64,000 bases of DNA from an uncultured virus (IMG/VR IMGVR_UViG_3300023239_000006) (taxonomy: Duplodnaviria; Heunggongvirae; Uroviricota; Caudoviricetes): IMG/VR virus record IMGVR_UViG_3300023239_000006, positions 62,001-126,000 of that record. The stretch is one strand, 5' to 3'. Shown piece by piece: positions 19,001-29,807 of the stretch. Position 1 is the stretch's first letter. Every line of letters begins with the position of its first letter. A program made the position numbers and the translations under genes. Under the pieces are notes generated by a model. That model had not been told where the DNA came from, did not search any database, and was given only the letters and a program-made list of their open reading frames with translations.

Positions 19001-22000
19001 TTAGAGAATATATTTCGACAGCAGCAAACTATATTCCGTCAACACCAACATCAATGGGACTGTATAAAAAATACACACCAATGAAATTTGTCGATGATAC
19101 TTACCAAGAACCTAGAGAAGTAATTCAAGGCCACGACGGTAGTATTACTGCCTCTTACGGCGATTTCCGTGATGATCTATTATTAGAACTAGAATACAGA
19201 ATTTACAACAACATTAAGCAAGAATATAATACAGCTATTTTTGATAATGATTTAGTAGTAGGCGGATACTACAGTAACGTATTGTATACTAAATCTCAAT
19301 TAGACGGCATTGTTGTGCAAGAGTTTTTAAAGTGGGTTCAAAACACAAATATTAACTATACAATTAACGAGTATTTTGATAGTGAAAATTCTTTCACTTA
19401 CACATACAGTAACATGACCGACCCATCTGGTACACAAAATTTGCCAGGGTACTGGAGAGGAGTATACCAGTGGTTCTTTGACACTGATCGCCCACATCGT
19501 TGCCCTTGGGAAATGTTAGGATTTTCAGAGCAGCCAGTATGGTGGGAAGCAGAGTACGGTTCTGCTCCTTATACTAGCGGCAACTTAATTCTTTGGGAAG
19601 ACCTTGAAGCTGGCATAATCCGCAAAGGCACTACTGCTGGAACGTATGATAGATACAAGCGTCCTGGATTAACAACATATATTCCGGTTGATAGTGACGG
19701 TAACTTACTAAGTCCGTTAGACGCCGGGGTATCTAAAAACTTTACATTGATAAACAACAGAGGAAGCTTCGTATTAGGGGATGTTAGCCCAGCAGAGTAT
19801 GCTTGGAGATCTAGCAGCGAATGGCCGTTTGCTGTAACATTAGCAATGTGTTTAATGAAACCGTTTGAATTTATTACAGACAGCTTTGATAGGTCCAATA
19901 CAACTACAAATATATTAGGGCAAACAATTAATTCTAAGACAGGAGTGTTTTCAACTCTTAAAGATATTGTAATATCGACAGCTAGTAACGAACTAACATC
20001 TGGGCTAGTGAAATATGTCTCAAGTTATATTAGATCTATTGGTGCAGATATTTCAGAAGTTAATACAAAGCTACGAAATCTTGATGTTAATTTATCTACT
20101 AGATTGTCAGGCTTTGTTGACAAAGCTCAACAAAAGTATATTTTAGACAGCAAGAATCCAAGTGCAACTTCTAGTAACATTTACATTCCTGCAGAAAACT
20201 ACGACATTATTTTTAATGTTAGTTCTCCGATCGCAAGTGTTTCCTATAGCGGAGTGATATTAGAAAAATCTGAAGGCGGATGGGTTATAAGTGGCTACGA
20301 TAATATTCACCCGTATTTTAACTACTATCCAGCTGTAGCTAATCAAGCCGATCCTACAATCTCAGTAGGCGGAGTTAGTGAAACATTTACTGACTGGACA
20401 ACAAATAAAACCTACAACAATGGACAGATAGTACGTCGGAATAATACATTTTATAGAGCTTTAAGAACTCATAGTAGCAGTACGGTCTTTGATACAGCCC
20501 AGTGGAAAAAATTACCACAGTTGCCACTAGTTGGCGCAGTGGAAGCACAACGTCGTAGAACTTTTAATACTTTGAATCTTTCTAGACTCAGCTATGGTGC
20601 TAGATTAGATACTGTGCAAGAAGTAGTTAACTTTCTGCTAGGGTATGAAGCATATCTAAAATCTGTTGGGTTTACCTTTAATAGATACGATCCAGCAAAT
20701 CAAGTTTCTCAAGACTGGACAACAAGCTGCAAAGAATACATGTTCTGGACCAGACAGAATTGGGCAGTAGGGTCTCTAATTACATTAAGCCCAGGCGCAG
20801 AAAAATTAGATATTACAATTCCAGTAGGAGTTGCTGATAATATTCTAGATGGATTCTACAGTTACCAGTTATTAAAAGCCGACGGAAAACCGTTAGCTCC
20901 TAATTTTATTAACGTTAACAGAAGTTTTCAAAATATCACAGTAGCGACTACTAATACTACAGAAGGTATCCATTACCTAACAGTATACTATGTGCTTAAA
21001 GAACACGTTGCTATTTTCTCTGATCGTACAGTATTCAATGATATTATCTATGACAAGTCAACTGGGTATCGCCAGGATAGGCTAAAGACACAAGGATTCC
21101 GCACAGTTGATTGGGACGGGGATTACACTAGCCCTGGCTTTTTGTTTGATAACGTTAACATTACTGCCTGGGCTCCTTTTAATGATTATAAGTTAGGAGA
21201 CATTGTTTCTTATAGAAGTTACAATTGGACTAGCCTTGTAAACCAATTAGGGTCAGAAACATTTAACAATACTAGCTGGACAAAACTAGATTCAACCCCG
21301 GAAAAACAACTAGTTGCAAACTTTGATTATAAGATCAATCAATTTGAAGATTACTATAATGTAGATGCTGAAGGTACAGGTGAAAGCCAACGTGCTCTAG
21401 CACGTCACGCAGTTGGTTACCAGACTAGAGAATATTTACAAACTCTAGCTGAAGATCCAGTAACACAGTTCCAATTATATCAGGGATTTGTTAGAGAAAA
21501 GGGCACAGCAAATGCAATTTCTAAAGTGTTTAATAAACTAAGTCGTTCAACAGGAGACAGTATTGTACTCAATGAGGAATGGGCATTTAGAGTTGGCCGC
21601 GTCGGCGGAACAGATCAATTAAGAGAAATTGAGTTTGAATTTTCAAAGAATAAATTTAAAATTGATCCCCAACCGTTTTTATTAACAGCTAATATTGATA
21701 CAGCTATCACTGATCAATATTATAGAATCGCACAATCAAATTTTACAGTATCTCCTATAGACTTTACTTTTAATGTAACTCCTGTAGCATACAGCAATGG
21801 ATTAGAAAAAACGGCTGGATATGTAAAAAATGATCAAATAGATTTTATATTGAAATCTAGAGACGACATTTTAGATCTTGATATTAATAGTGTTGTAGAA
21901 AATGATCATATCTGGATCACATTTGATTCATACACCTGGACAGTTTTACGATATAACCAAGCACCACAACTTAATATTATTGACGTATCTCTAGCAGATG

Positions 22001-25000
22001 GGCAAGTAACAATTACACTGTCACGCCGTCATAGTCTTATAGTTGACGACATTGTTGGGGTTAAGGAAATTCCTAATCTTACAGGATTTTTTAAGATTGT
22101 TGAAGTTGGAGATTATACATTAGTAGTTGAAGCAACCTCAACTACTGCACCTGAATTTGATGCTAGCACACTTACAACATTGTACACGTTGACTACTGCT
22201 CGTACTGCATCCTACGACACATTGGATCCAGAAGCAGCCGCATTATTAGTTAATGGCGCTAAACTGTGGGTTGACAACAACGGCAGTGACCTTTGGGAAG
22301 TTATTAGAAAAAATAAACAATTTGTAAACAAAGAATTAACTGAGTATGGCATTACCACTCCTATTAATGCAGGAACTAAAGTTATCTATGATGACAATTT
22401 AAAACAGACTATATCTAGTATTCCAGGATCCGGATATGTAATGAGTTATATTGAATCACATAATGGTCTAACACTAAAACAAATTATTGCTCCTCTAAGC
22501 GGGTTCGAGTCAAATGTTGTTGGATCGTTTGGTAGCAAGATGGCGATAAGTCCAGACAGTCGTTGGTTAATCGTGTCATCACCATTGGCCAGCGGAATCA
22601 AGAGTAATTACCAGGGTGGTTTTTCATCAGCATCATACATAGAGGATGATATTGTTCTATATGCTGGTAGTTTATGGAAAGCAAACAAGGATATAAACAC
22701 TAGCGATTACAGCACGATTGATCTTGATTCAGAAAATTGGGAACAAGCTAACTCTATTCCTGCACTATCGTCCGGAAGAGCTCCTGGATTTACTCAGCAA
22801 GGTATGATTTCTATTTACGAATGGAGTAACCAACAATGGAATATACATTCTTCATTTGTTAGCCCGCGTCCACAAGAATATGAATTCTTTGGCTCAGAAG
22901 TTGCAATTGGAGTAAGCGGCACAGAATATTACATGGCAGTCTCTGCAATCGGTTCACTAGAAAATCGAGGAAGAGTTTACCTATTTGAATACGACGGCGT
23001 AGAGTGGACACACAAAGAAAATTCTAGCTATGCTGGAATCTATGATCCAACAGGAGCAACTAGTTACCCAGCAGGAACAATTGTTTGGTTTAACGAATCT
23101 TTGTGGCAGTCTCTAGAAGACCAACTAGGTGACGGCAGCTCTATTACTGTAGACTCACAACAGTGGACACAACTAGATCCAGTATCTACACATACCTCAC
23201 TACCATCAAATATCTCCATTGACGATGATGGATCAACATTAGCGCTTATAAATCTTACAGAAGAAGCTACTATTGGTATATTAGGCAACACGCAATTAGC
23301 AGAATTAATTAAAGTAGGAGACGAGTTCGGTACTTCGATGACTATGAGCCGAGACGGTGGCATTCTTGTTATCGGTGCACCAAACAGCGACGGCCAATAT
23401 TTTGCAAACTACAGAGGACAATGGAGAGCAGATGTAGAGTATGCTGAAAATGATGTAGTGAAGTCTGAAACACAATATTATAAATTAACAGATGCAACAA
23501 GCATTAACGACGACCCGTCAGGCAGTGGACTGCCTTGGATTAATGTGGGCGATAGTACCACAGTATCATCTGGCAAAGTTTACATTTACCAACGGTCTAC
23601 ATTGGGAACATATGATCTCAAGCAGACAATCAATGCTGGATCGATGGTAGGGTTAAATGATATTACTACCGGCAATACAGAAATTAATGCAGGCGACCAA
23701 TTTGGATTTGCTATTGATGTTGATTATTCAGGAACTACACTAGTAATAACAAGTCCTAGGGCAGACTTAAATCTTATAAATCAAGGCTCTGCTTATGTGT
23801 TCGAAACTGCAGGACTTGCAGCCCTCGAATTTAGATTGAAGCAAAAACTAGAAAGTTTTGAACAGTATGCTGATGAATGGTTCGGCCAAAGTATCTCTAT
23901 TAGCTCTGGTACAGAAAGAATTGCCATCGGCGCAAAGAATACTCCGTTTGTTAATGTCACAATGTTTGATACTCTAGATGGTACATCGTTTGATCAGTCG
24001 CTAACACGATTTATCGATGCAAAGGGATATGCAGGCGCAGTATATGTATTTGAAAGAAAAGCAGATAGCTATTTCCTAACTGAAAAATTAGAAGCAGAGT
24101 TATCGCCGTTTGAATCTTTTGGTAATAGCATAGATTGTACTAGATCTGCAATAGCTGTAGGATCTCCCAGATTTGTTGCGCCGGTATTGTCTGGATCAGC
24201 ATTTACATACCCTGGACAAAAGATAGGCACAGTTAGATTGTTTAGAAAAGATGAAACTATCGAATCATGGGAAGTGTTATCAACTAAGCAAAAAATTGTT
24301 GACCTTGCAAAAATTCGAAGCATTGGGTTATATGACAATGTCAAAAACACAAAAATTCAAGACATAGACTATGTTGACCATGCTAATTTAAAAATATTAA
24401 ATTCTGCAGAACAGGAACTTGCATTCAAAACTCCGTTTGATCCGGCAGTGTACACACTAGGAACTGATGATCAAGTTGTTGAACCAACACAGTCATGGAC
24501 TACTAAACATGTAGGTGAACTTTGGTGGGATTTGTCACAAGCTAAGTGGATAGACTATCAGCAAGGCGATATTGCTTATCGAGTAGGCAACTGGAATACT
24601 CTTGCAGCAGGCGCAAGTATTGACATTTACGAATGGGTAGAAAGTTTACTGCTACCGTCAGAATGGAGCGGAGTTGCAGATACTAACGAAGGTATAGCCG
24701 AAGGTATTTCCGGACAGCCATTATATCCTAATGATAATGTGTATTCAGTTAAAGAACTGTTTAATTCTAATACTGGGCTAGCAACCTCAACCTTATACTA
24801 TTATTGGGTCAAGAGCAAAGTAACAGTACCTGAAAATATGCCAAGCAGAAGAATATCAGCTGCATCAGTTGCATCATATATCAGTAGCCCAGCAGGAACC
24901 GGAACAGCATTTGTTGCACTACTAGATACAGACAAAATATTAACGTATAACTTTACCTCGGTTATCTCGTCTGATACAGCATTGTTGAATATTGAATATC

Positions 25001-28000
25001 GTAAAACCACTGATAGTTTAAATGCAATACACAACGAATATCAATTGTTAACTGAAGGTGTAGCAGATAGCGTACCTACAAAACAGTTAGAAACAAAATG
25101 GATTGATAGTTTAATTGGTATAAATTTAACAGGTGACCGAGTTCCAGATTCTACATTATCTGACAAACAAAAATACGGAATAAGTTTTAGACCAAGGCAG
25201 TCAATGTTTGTTAACAATATAGCAGCACTGAAAGCAGCTATACAACGAGTTAATACTGTGTTGCAACAGGAATCGTTTGCAGATATTATCAATTTTAATA
25301 ACTTAAATTTAATTGACCAAGCACCTAATGCTGTATTAAATCGCTATGATGTTGCAGTAGATACATACGCAGACTTATTATTAGTGGGTACAGCTAAAAC
25401 TCGTCAAGCGACTTTATCAGTTAACATTGTAGACGGATTAATCGATACTATTGATATTGTTAGTCCGGGATTTGGTTACAAGCCAACAGAATTAGTTAAT
25501 CAATCAATTCCTGGAGTGTATGTTGGTCCAACGATTAGTATAACAGGTACAGGTACAGGAGCCACAGCAGCATGCCGCATTGATGGCCAGGGCAGAGTTA
25601 TTGCAGTTGTAATAACTTCAAAAGGTAAGAAATATAGTTCAGCATCTGCAACAGTAAGACAGTTCTCGGTTTTAGTTAATAGTGATGCTACTTCTAATAA
25701 TTTCTGGAGTATATATGCATGGGATGATGTAAGAAAAGTGTTCTTTAGAAGTATATCGCAATCGTATGACACAACACGTTATTGGAGTCTATCAGATTGG
25801 TGGAAAGAAGGATATACTCCAACAGACCGCATTGTTAAGGAAATTACAAATCTTTCAGAGTATCCTGCGATAACACATCTTGAGGCAGGAGATCTAGTCC
25901 GTATTAAAGAATACGGCGCTGGCGGATGGGCAGTCTTTGAAGAACTAACTAATTTGCAAAATACTAGCATTAATACATTTTTAGATAACCATCAACTAGT
26001 AGGTAGAGAAAAAGGTACTGTGGAATTATCTAGCAGTTTGTATGATATTACATCATCTGGGATTGGGTATGATACTGCCCAAACATTTGATGCTACTTAC
26101 TATGATATAGGAAATTCTACCGAATTAAGAAATATTTTTGCGGCAATCAAAGAAAACATATTTATTGGCGACTATGCAATCGAATGGAACCGACTATTCT
26201 TTAATTCTGTAAGATATGCATTTGCTGAACAGACATATATTGACTGGGCGTTTAAAACTAGTTTCTTAACGGCTACTCATAATGTAGGTCCGCTAACGCA
26301 AAAACTTAATTACAAAAATGATAACATTGAAAGTTTCCAAGAATATATTAACGAAGTTAAGCCATATAGAACAACGGTAAGAGAATATATCAGCAGATAC
26401 GACACAATAGAAGCGGCACCGTCTGCAATTTCAGATTTTGATTTACCTCCAACTTACTCAGTTGAAGCAGGAAAAATTGTTCCAGTAAACCAATACAGTA
26501 TCGAATTGCAATCGTATCCGTGGAAATGGTGGACGGATACTAACGGATATTCTATAACAGCAATTACTACATATAAATCAGGTGCAGATTATATTTCAGC
26601 TCCTGCAGTATTAATTACCGGAACAGGTACGGGTGCAACAGCGCAGGCATACATCTCAAACGGTGCAGTCTCTGGAATTAAAGTAACAAATCCGGGAACA
26701 GGATATACATCAGCGCCAACTGTTACATTAGTCGGAGGCAATCCAGCAAGTTCAGAGCAAGCAAAAGCGGTAGCATTCATTGGAGACTCGAAAGTTCGAA
26801 CTTTCGATCTAACTATGAAATTTGATAGGATTAGCAAAACAGGCCTGTTCACAACATTTTCACAGTCTCAGACACTTGTTGGAACTGGAAATGTTTCCGT
26901 GTTCAATTTAAACTATGCTCCAACTAGAGATAAAAGTAAAATTTCAGTTGTTAAAAATGGACAAGTTTTATTAAACAATCAATATTCTATTAGCTTATTC
27001 ACTTCTACCACTGATACTTATAGTTTACTAAAAGGAAAGATCAGCTTCACAGAAATCCCAGCTAGAGGAGATAGTATTGTAGTTAACTACGAAAAGAATG
27101 ATTCTTTACTAGACAGTGTTAATAGAATACAAAAATACTATGCACCTACAGCAGGAATGAAAGGCAACGAGTTAACCCAGTTAATGACAGGTATTGACTT
27201 CGGCGGCGTGCAAATACAAGGTACAACATTCGATGTCACTGGCGGCTGGGATGCACTACCATGGTTTACTGATAATTGGGATAGTGTTGAGTCGAGTGCA
27301 GATTATTATGTTGTATGCGACGGCAGTACTGTTAATATTACATTACCGTTTGTTCCGGCCACAGGTCAAGAGATTAACATCTACATTAAAAGAGTAGGCG
27401 ATCAAAGATCTATTAGAATTGACGATCCGGCATTTAACAATCAAGTAGATTCGTCAACTTCATCAAATCCTAATGCAGAAATGCCAACCTTTATCGGCGA
27501 CGGAGTTACTGCAACAGTTGATTTTGTAAATCAACTAACTGACTTTCCTTACGTTGAAACTGCTGCCGGCGACATTTTAATATTCCGTCCGGTCGAAAGT
27601 GATGGATCTGTATCAATTAACGATGGTAATTTATTAGACACTAATTTAAGCGGTGGCACACTAGCAAGTATGAGCGGCGCATATTCTACAGCTACCGGTA
27701 TCACAGCAGACGAAATTTCAATAGACGGTGACAAATTTATTAGTCCTGATCAAGTGCCTGCTACTGAAGAAAACGTACCAGGTCAGGTCCTAGATAGTGT
27801 AAGCATCAAAGTGTTTAACAACACATCAACTGGAGCTGCACCTTTACAGTCTAAAACTATCATAGCTGACGGTACTACTAAGTTATACACTATTGATTTG
27901 AATGTATTAGAAACAACGTCTGTATTAGTTTATGTTAACAAGATTAATCAAGAAGATAGTTATACAATTGATTTTGTATCTAACCAAATTGAGTTTATAG

Positions 28001-29799
28001 TGGCACCTACCGCAGAATCAATAATCGAAATAATATCTGTAGGCATTGGTGGAATTGTATTGCTAGATTATCAAGAATTTGTGGCAGATGGCGAAACTAG
28101 TTTATTCTTAACAGCAGCAAATTTTGCAGATACAAGTTCAGTATTTGTAACAATAAACGGTCAGCGAGAGGATATTGGATTTACCAATAGTTCTGCGCTA
28201 ACATCTACGACTAATAAAACATTAATCCAATTTGGAACAAATCCAGAGTTTAGAGATGTTGTTAAGATTATTTGTTTAGGATCGTCAACGGTTACTGATT
28301 CTTCAGGAGTTTCGCTAGTACAAGTTCACAAACAGTCATTTGAATTTGAAGGAAGTACTAGAAATTTTGACCTTGCAGAATTTGTTAATTTACCATCTGC
28401 ATCAGCTGCATCGTCGATGATAGTAGAAGTTAATGGAGTTGCGCTACGTGGACCAGATACTAGCTATTATGTCTACGACGGTATTACTAATAAGTTTGTG
28501 CTAGGCCTTGACCCGGTAGAGAGTGCTGGTGCAATTTTAACAAGCAATATTAAATTGTTTGTGAATAATGTAGAACGCACAGTTATCCGAGACTATGTGT
28601 ATGACGGCACTAATAAAATAATTACTATTACACCTGCAATTTTAAGTAATGGCAATACTATTAGAATTGAAAATAATCTACGATCTGAATACTATGTAGA
28701 AAATAACAACATTGTTATTGCTGCTGGAGTTGAACTTACATCAACTAATGAAACAGACAATGATATCATTGATGTTACTTGGTTTAGCGAATATCCAACT
28801 ATGAGTATTATATCAGATGAGTTCACTGGAGGAAAAGTAAATTATTTCCTACAACGAACTCCGTTGTCAATTAATTATGTATGGGTGTACAAGAACGGAA
28901 TACGATTAACTAAAGATATTGATTATTTCATCACGTTGCCAAGAGGATCTATCTACCTAACAGATAACAGTACTACTAATGATTTAATCAAAGTCGTAAT
29001 GTTTGGGACTGATATTTATAAATTGCCAAGTGCTTATGAAATACACAAAGATATGTTAAACATCTACCGTTTTACTAGATATTCAATTAATTCTGTAACA
29101 CTAGCTGTAGCATTAAACTATTATGATCAAACTATCACAGTTACCGACGCTACTGAATTAACAGCTCCTATAGCATCTAGAAATATTCCAGGTGTTGTTG
29201 AAATTAATGGCGAGCGCATAGAGTATACACGGAAAGCAGGTAACGTATTGTCTCAACTAAGGAGAGGTAGTCACGGAACATCAATTGGCAATTTATATGC
29301 TATTGGGACCCCGGTAGTTGATCAAGGATCTCGAGAAGTTATTCCGTATAACGAAAGTCAAATTAGAGAAGACTTTATTAGCGACGGAAATACTATCTTA
29401 ATTGGACCCCTAAACTATGTACCAGCTAAGTCTTCTAGAAATAACTGGGTACGTACTACAATTCCTACAACTTATGGACCATGCGACGAAATAGAAGTGT
29501 TTGTAGGCGGAAGACGATTACGTAAAGATCCGTTAGCTGTATATAATGAAATTAACGGTGCAAGTAGCCCAGGTGCAGACATTACATTAGAAGCAGAATT
29601 TTCAGTAGATGGATCTGCAGTAATTATACGACTTACTGAAGCCGTTTCTGCAGGAACTCGTATATCTATTATTAAACGAACAGGAAATTCATGGTATGAT
29701 CGAGGTGAAGATACCGCTACTAGCGGGATTACATTGCTAGAAAACGCAACTCCTATTGCTAATTTCATAGCTAAACGCACAACGAAATTGCCTGAATAA
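16012..29799 (+). CDS. giant (4595 aa) modular baseplate wedge / structural protein (gp7-like position)
   Basis: Uninterrupted 13.8-kb ORF following gp6. N-terminal 'LLPTVFRS...KF' wedge-type start, FG-GAP-like repeats, W/Y-rich carbohydrate-binding-like repeats and G-x-G-Y repeats. Confidence 0.75.
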   Translation: MADKKFPQSGLPIRKTVELLPTVFRSDANDKFMSAVVDPLVQPGTLQKLVGYVGRRYGNTYNGSDIYIDTDNTLRSRYQLEPGVVSRTNNTVDSFYDYLDFKNQLQFFGNTEERDDLITGQEHYSWNPPIDWDKFINYREYYWEPSGPPAIPVFGQSAKIISTYKVALGLNSFIFTPDSFTNNPTITLYRGQSYKFQIKAPKEGFAIRTNYDTGSLIFNPARPYSANEQAVYDGKLWKAKVAIASGASSSITLGSQDWEFIALVASGTALDYSIGVTNNGIENGTLTFKVPYDAPDVLFYQSLIDPNKFGRFLITDIEANTKINIDKDIIGKITYTSSNGITFSNGMVLEFRGQVTPLKYSLDSWLVEGVGTAITLTRFADLIVPVLTTDTPEVVFDNEGFDTQPFDDATTYPAQKDYITIKRDSKDTNPWSRYNRWFHRNVLEYSYTLRGEDFSATESQRAKRPIIEFKSNIQLFNHGSISKEVVDYIDDYTTDVFSKIEGSVGYNIDGENLFEGARILVTADTDILANNKIYEVNFITHNNKKRIHLAETTDSDSVAGAGVLVRRGKNNGGLMYYFNGSSWLASQAKTAVNQPPLFDVFDSNGISFSNTDTYPINSFNGNKLFAYKIGNSIADKELGFSLSYLNIDNVGDIQFDWNWEIDNFTYTLDQLELTKNISSGYFKINPDDVYLNGWTKTDNTYIQPIIDSQVITEVTNTIKLTTINWDNVTDNTNLIINFYVNQQQKQVTPITRERGVFTFANNFAVDDVVYVKIITDLSPDTGYYEMPVSLEKNPLNQALTTFTLGQAIDHVAGSVEFDTRYSGNIPGISNIRDLDDYQPFAKRFLKHSGIAPLAVSLLCDKTSNIIKSIQHARKSYTDFKNNFIARSTTIDYNDNLINFVDDIITDLTKTKNADSAFSNSDMIGSGAFIAINYTVEDTGITTFALSEKFTLTELSNRAVYVYINNQQLLNATEYEFNATFGFITILADLAENDEVEIREYISTAANYIPSTPTSMGLYKKYTPMKFVDDTYQEPREVIQGHDGSITASYGDFRDDLLLELEYRIYNNIKQEYNTAIFDNDLVVGGYYSNVLYTKSQLDGIVVQEFLKWVQNTNINYTINEYFDSENSFTYTYSNMTDPSGTQNLPGYWRGVYQWFFDTDRPHRCPWEMLGFSEQPVWWEAEYGSAPYTSGNLILWEDLEAGIIRKGTTAGTYDRYKRPGLTTYIPVDSDGNLLSPLDAGVSKNFTLINNRGSFVLGDVSPAEYAWRSSSEWPFAVTLAMCLMKPFEFITDSFDRSNTTTNILGQTINSKTGVFSTLKDIVISTASNELTSGLVKYVSSYIRSIGADISEVNTKLRNLDVNLSTRLSGFVDKAQQKYILDSKNPSATSSNIYIPAENYDIIFNVSSPIASVSYSGVILEKSEGGWVISGYDNIHPYFNYYPAVANQADPTISVGGVSETFTDWTTNKTYNNGQIVRRNNTFYRALRTHSSSTVFDTAQWKKLPQLPLVGAVEAQRRRTFNTLNLSRLSYGARLDTVQEVVNFLLGYEAYLKSVGFTFNRYDPANQVSQDWTTSCKEYMFWTRQNWAVGSLITLSPGAEKLDITIPVGVADNILDGFYSYQLLKADGKPLAPNFINVNRSFQNITVATTNTTEGIHYLTVYYVLKEHVAIFSDRTVFNDIIYDKSTGYRQDRLKTQGFRTVDWDGDYTSPGFLFDNVNITAWAPFNDYKLGDIVSYRSYNWTSLVNQLGSETFNNTSWTKLDSTPEKQLVANFDYKINQFEDYYNVDAEGTGESQRALARHAVGYQTREYLQTLAEDPVTQFQLYQGFVREKGTANAISKVFNKLSRSTGDSIVLNEEWAFRVGRVGGTDQLREIEFEFSKNKFKIDPQPFLLTANIDTAITDQYYRIAQSNFTVSPIDFTFNVTPVAYSNGLEKTAGYVKNDQIDFILKSRDDILDLDINSVVENDHIWITFDSYTWTVLRYNQAPQLNIIDVSLADGQVTITLSRRHSLIVDDIVGVKEIPNLTGFFKIVEVGDYTLVVEATSTTAPEFDASTLTTLYTLTTARTASYDTLDPEAAALLVNGAKLWVDNNGSDLWEVIRKNKQFVNKELTEYGITTPINAGTKVIYDDNLKQTISSIPGSGYVMSYIESHNGLTLKQIIAPLSGFESNVVGSFGSKMAISPDSRWLIVSSPLASGIKSNYQGGFSSASYIEDDIVLYAGSLWKANKDINTSDYSTIDLDSENWEQANSIPALSSGRAPGFTQQGMISIYEWSNQQWNIHSSFVSPRPQEYEFFGSEVAIGVSGTEYYMAVSAIGSLENRGRVYLFEYDGVEWTHKENSSYAGIYDPTGATSYPAGTIVWFNESLWQSLEDQLGDGSSITVDSQQWTQLDPVSTHTSLPSNISIDDDGSTLALINLTEEATIGILGNTQLAELIKVGDEFGTSMTMSRDGGILVIGAPNSDGQYFANYRGQWRADVEYAENDVVKSETQYYKLTDATSINDDPSGSGLPWINVGDSTTVSSGKVYIYQRSTLGTYDLKQTINAGSMVGLNDITTGNTEINAGDQFGFAIDVDYSGTTLVITSPRADLNLINQGSAYVFETAGLAALEFRLKQKLESFEQYADEWFGQSISISSGTERIAIGAKNTPFVNVTMFDTLDGTSFDQSLTRFIDAKGYAGAVYVFERKADSYFLTEKLEAELSPFESFGNSIDCTRSAIAVGSPRFVAPVLSGSAFTYPGQKIGTVRLFRKDETIESWEVLSTKQKIVDLAKIRSIGLYDNVKNTKIQDIDYVDHANLKILNSAEQELAFKTPFDPAVYTLGTDDQVVEPTQSWTTKHVGELWWDLSQAKWIDYQQGDIAYRVGNWNTLAAGASIDIYEWVESLLLPSEWSGVADTNEGIAEGISGQPLYPNDNVYSVKELFNSNTGLATSTLYYYWVKSKVTVPENMPSRRISAASVASYISSPAGTGTAFVALLDTDKILTYNFTSVISSDTALLNIEYRKTTDSLNAIHNEYQLLTEGVADSVPTKQLETKWIDSLIGINLTGDRVPDSTLSDKQKYGISFRPRQSMFVNNIAALKAAIQRVNTVLQQESFADIINFNNLNLIDQAPNAVLNRYDVAVDTYADLLLVGTAKTRQATLSVNIVDGLIDTIDIVSPGFGYKPTELVNQSIPGVYVGPTISITGTGTGATAACRIDGQGRVIAVVITSKGKKYSSASATVRQFSVLVNSDATSNNFWSIYAWDDVRKVFFRSISQSYDTTRYWSLSDWWKEGYTPTDRIVKEITNLSEYPAITHLEAGDLVRIKEYGAGGWAVFEELTNLQNTSINTFLDNHQLVGREKGTVELSSSLYDITSSGIGYDTAQTFDATYYDIGNSTELRNIFAAIKENIFIGDYAIEWNRLFFNSVRYAFAEQTYIDWAFKTSFLTATHNVGPLTQKLNYKNDNIESFQEYINEVKPYRTTVREYISRYDTIEAAPSAISDFDLPPTYSVEAGKIVPVNQYSIELQSYPWKWWTDTNGYSITAITTYKSGADYISAPAVLITGTGTGATAQAYISNGAVSGIKVTNPGTGYTSAPTVTLVGGNPASSEQAKAVAFIGDSKVRTFDLTMKFDRISKTGLFTTFSQSQTLVGTGNVSVFNLNYAPTRDKSKISVVKNGQVLLNNQYSISLFTSTTDTYSLLKGKISFTEIPARGDSIVVNYEKNDSLLDSVNRIQKYYAPTAGMKGNELTQLMTGIDFGGVQIQGTTFDVTGGWDALPWFTDNWDSVESSADYYVVCDGSTVNITLPFVPATGQEINIYIKRVGDQRSIRIDDPAFNNQVDSSTSSNPNAEMPTFIGDGVTATVDFVNQLTDFPYVETAAGDILIFRPVESDGSVSINDGNLLDTNLSGGTLASMSGAYSTATGITADEISIDGDKFISPDQVPATEENVPGQVLDSVSIKVFNNTSTGAAPLQSKTIIADGTTKLYTIDLNVLETTSVLVYVNKINQEDSYTIDFVSNQIEFIVAPTAESIIEIISVGIGGIVLLDYQEFVADGETSLFLTAANFADTSSVFVTINGQREDIGFTNSSALTSTTNKTLIQFGTNPEFRDVVKIICLGSSTVTDSSGVSLVQVHKQSFEFEGSTRNFDLAEFVNLPSASAASSMIVEVNGVALRGPDTSYYVYDGITNKFVLGLDPVESAGAILTSNIKLFVNNVERTVIRDYVYDGTNKIITITPAILSNGNTIRIENNLRSEYYVENNNIVIAAGVELTSTNETDNDIIDVTWFSEYPTMSIISDEFTGGKVNYFLQRTPLSINYVWVYKNGIRLTKDIDYFITLPRGSIYLTDNSTTNDLIKVVMFGTDIYKLPSAYEIHKDMLNIYRFTRYSINSVTLAVALNYYDQTITVTDATELTAPIASRNIPGVVEINGERIEYTRKAGNVLSQLRRGSHGTSIGNLYAIGTPVVDQGSREVIPYNESQIREDFISDGNTILIGPLNYVPAKSSRNNWVRTTIPTTYGPCDEIEVFVGGRRLRKDPLAVYNEINGASSPGADITLEAEFSVDGSAVIIRLTEAVSAGTRISIIKRTGNSWYDRGEDTATSGITLLENATPIANFIAKRTTKLPE

Positions 29800-29807
29800 A
29801 TACATAT

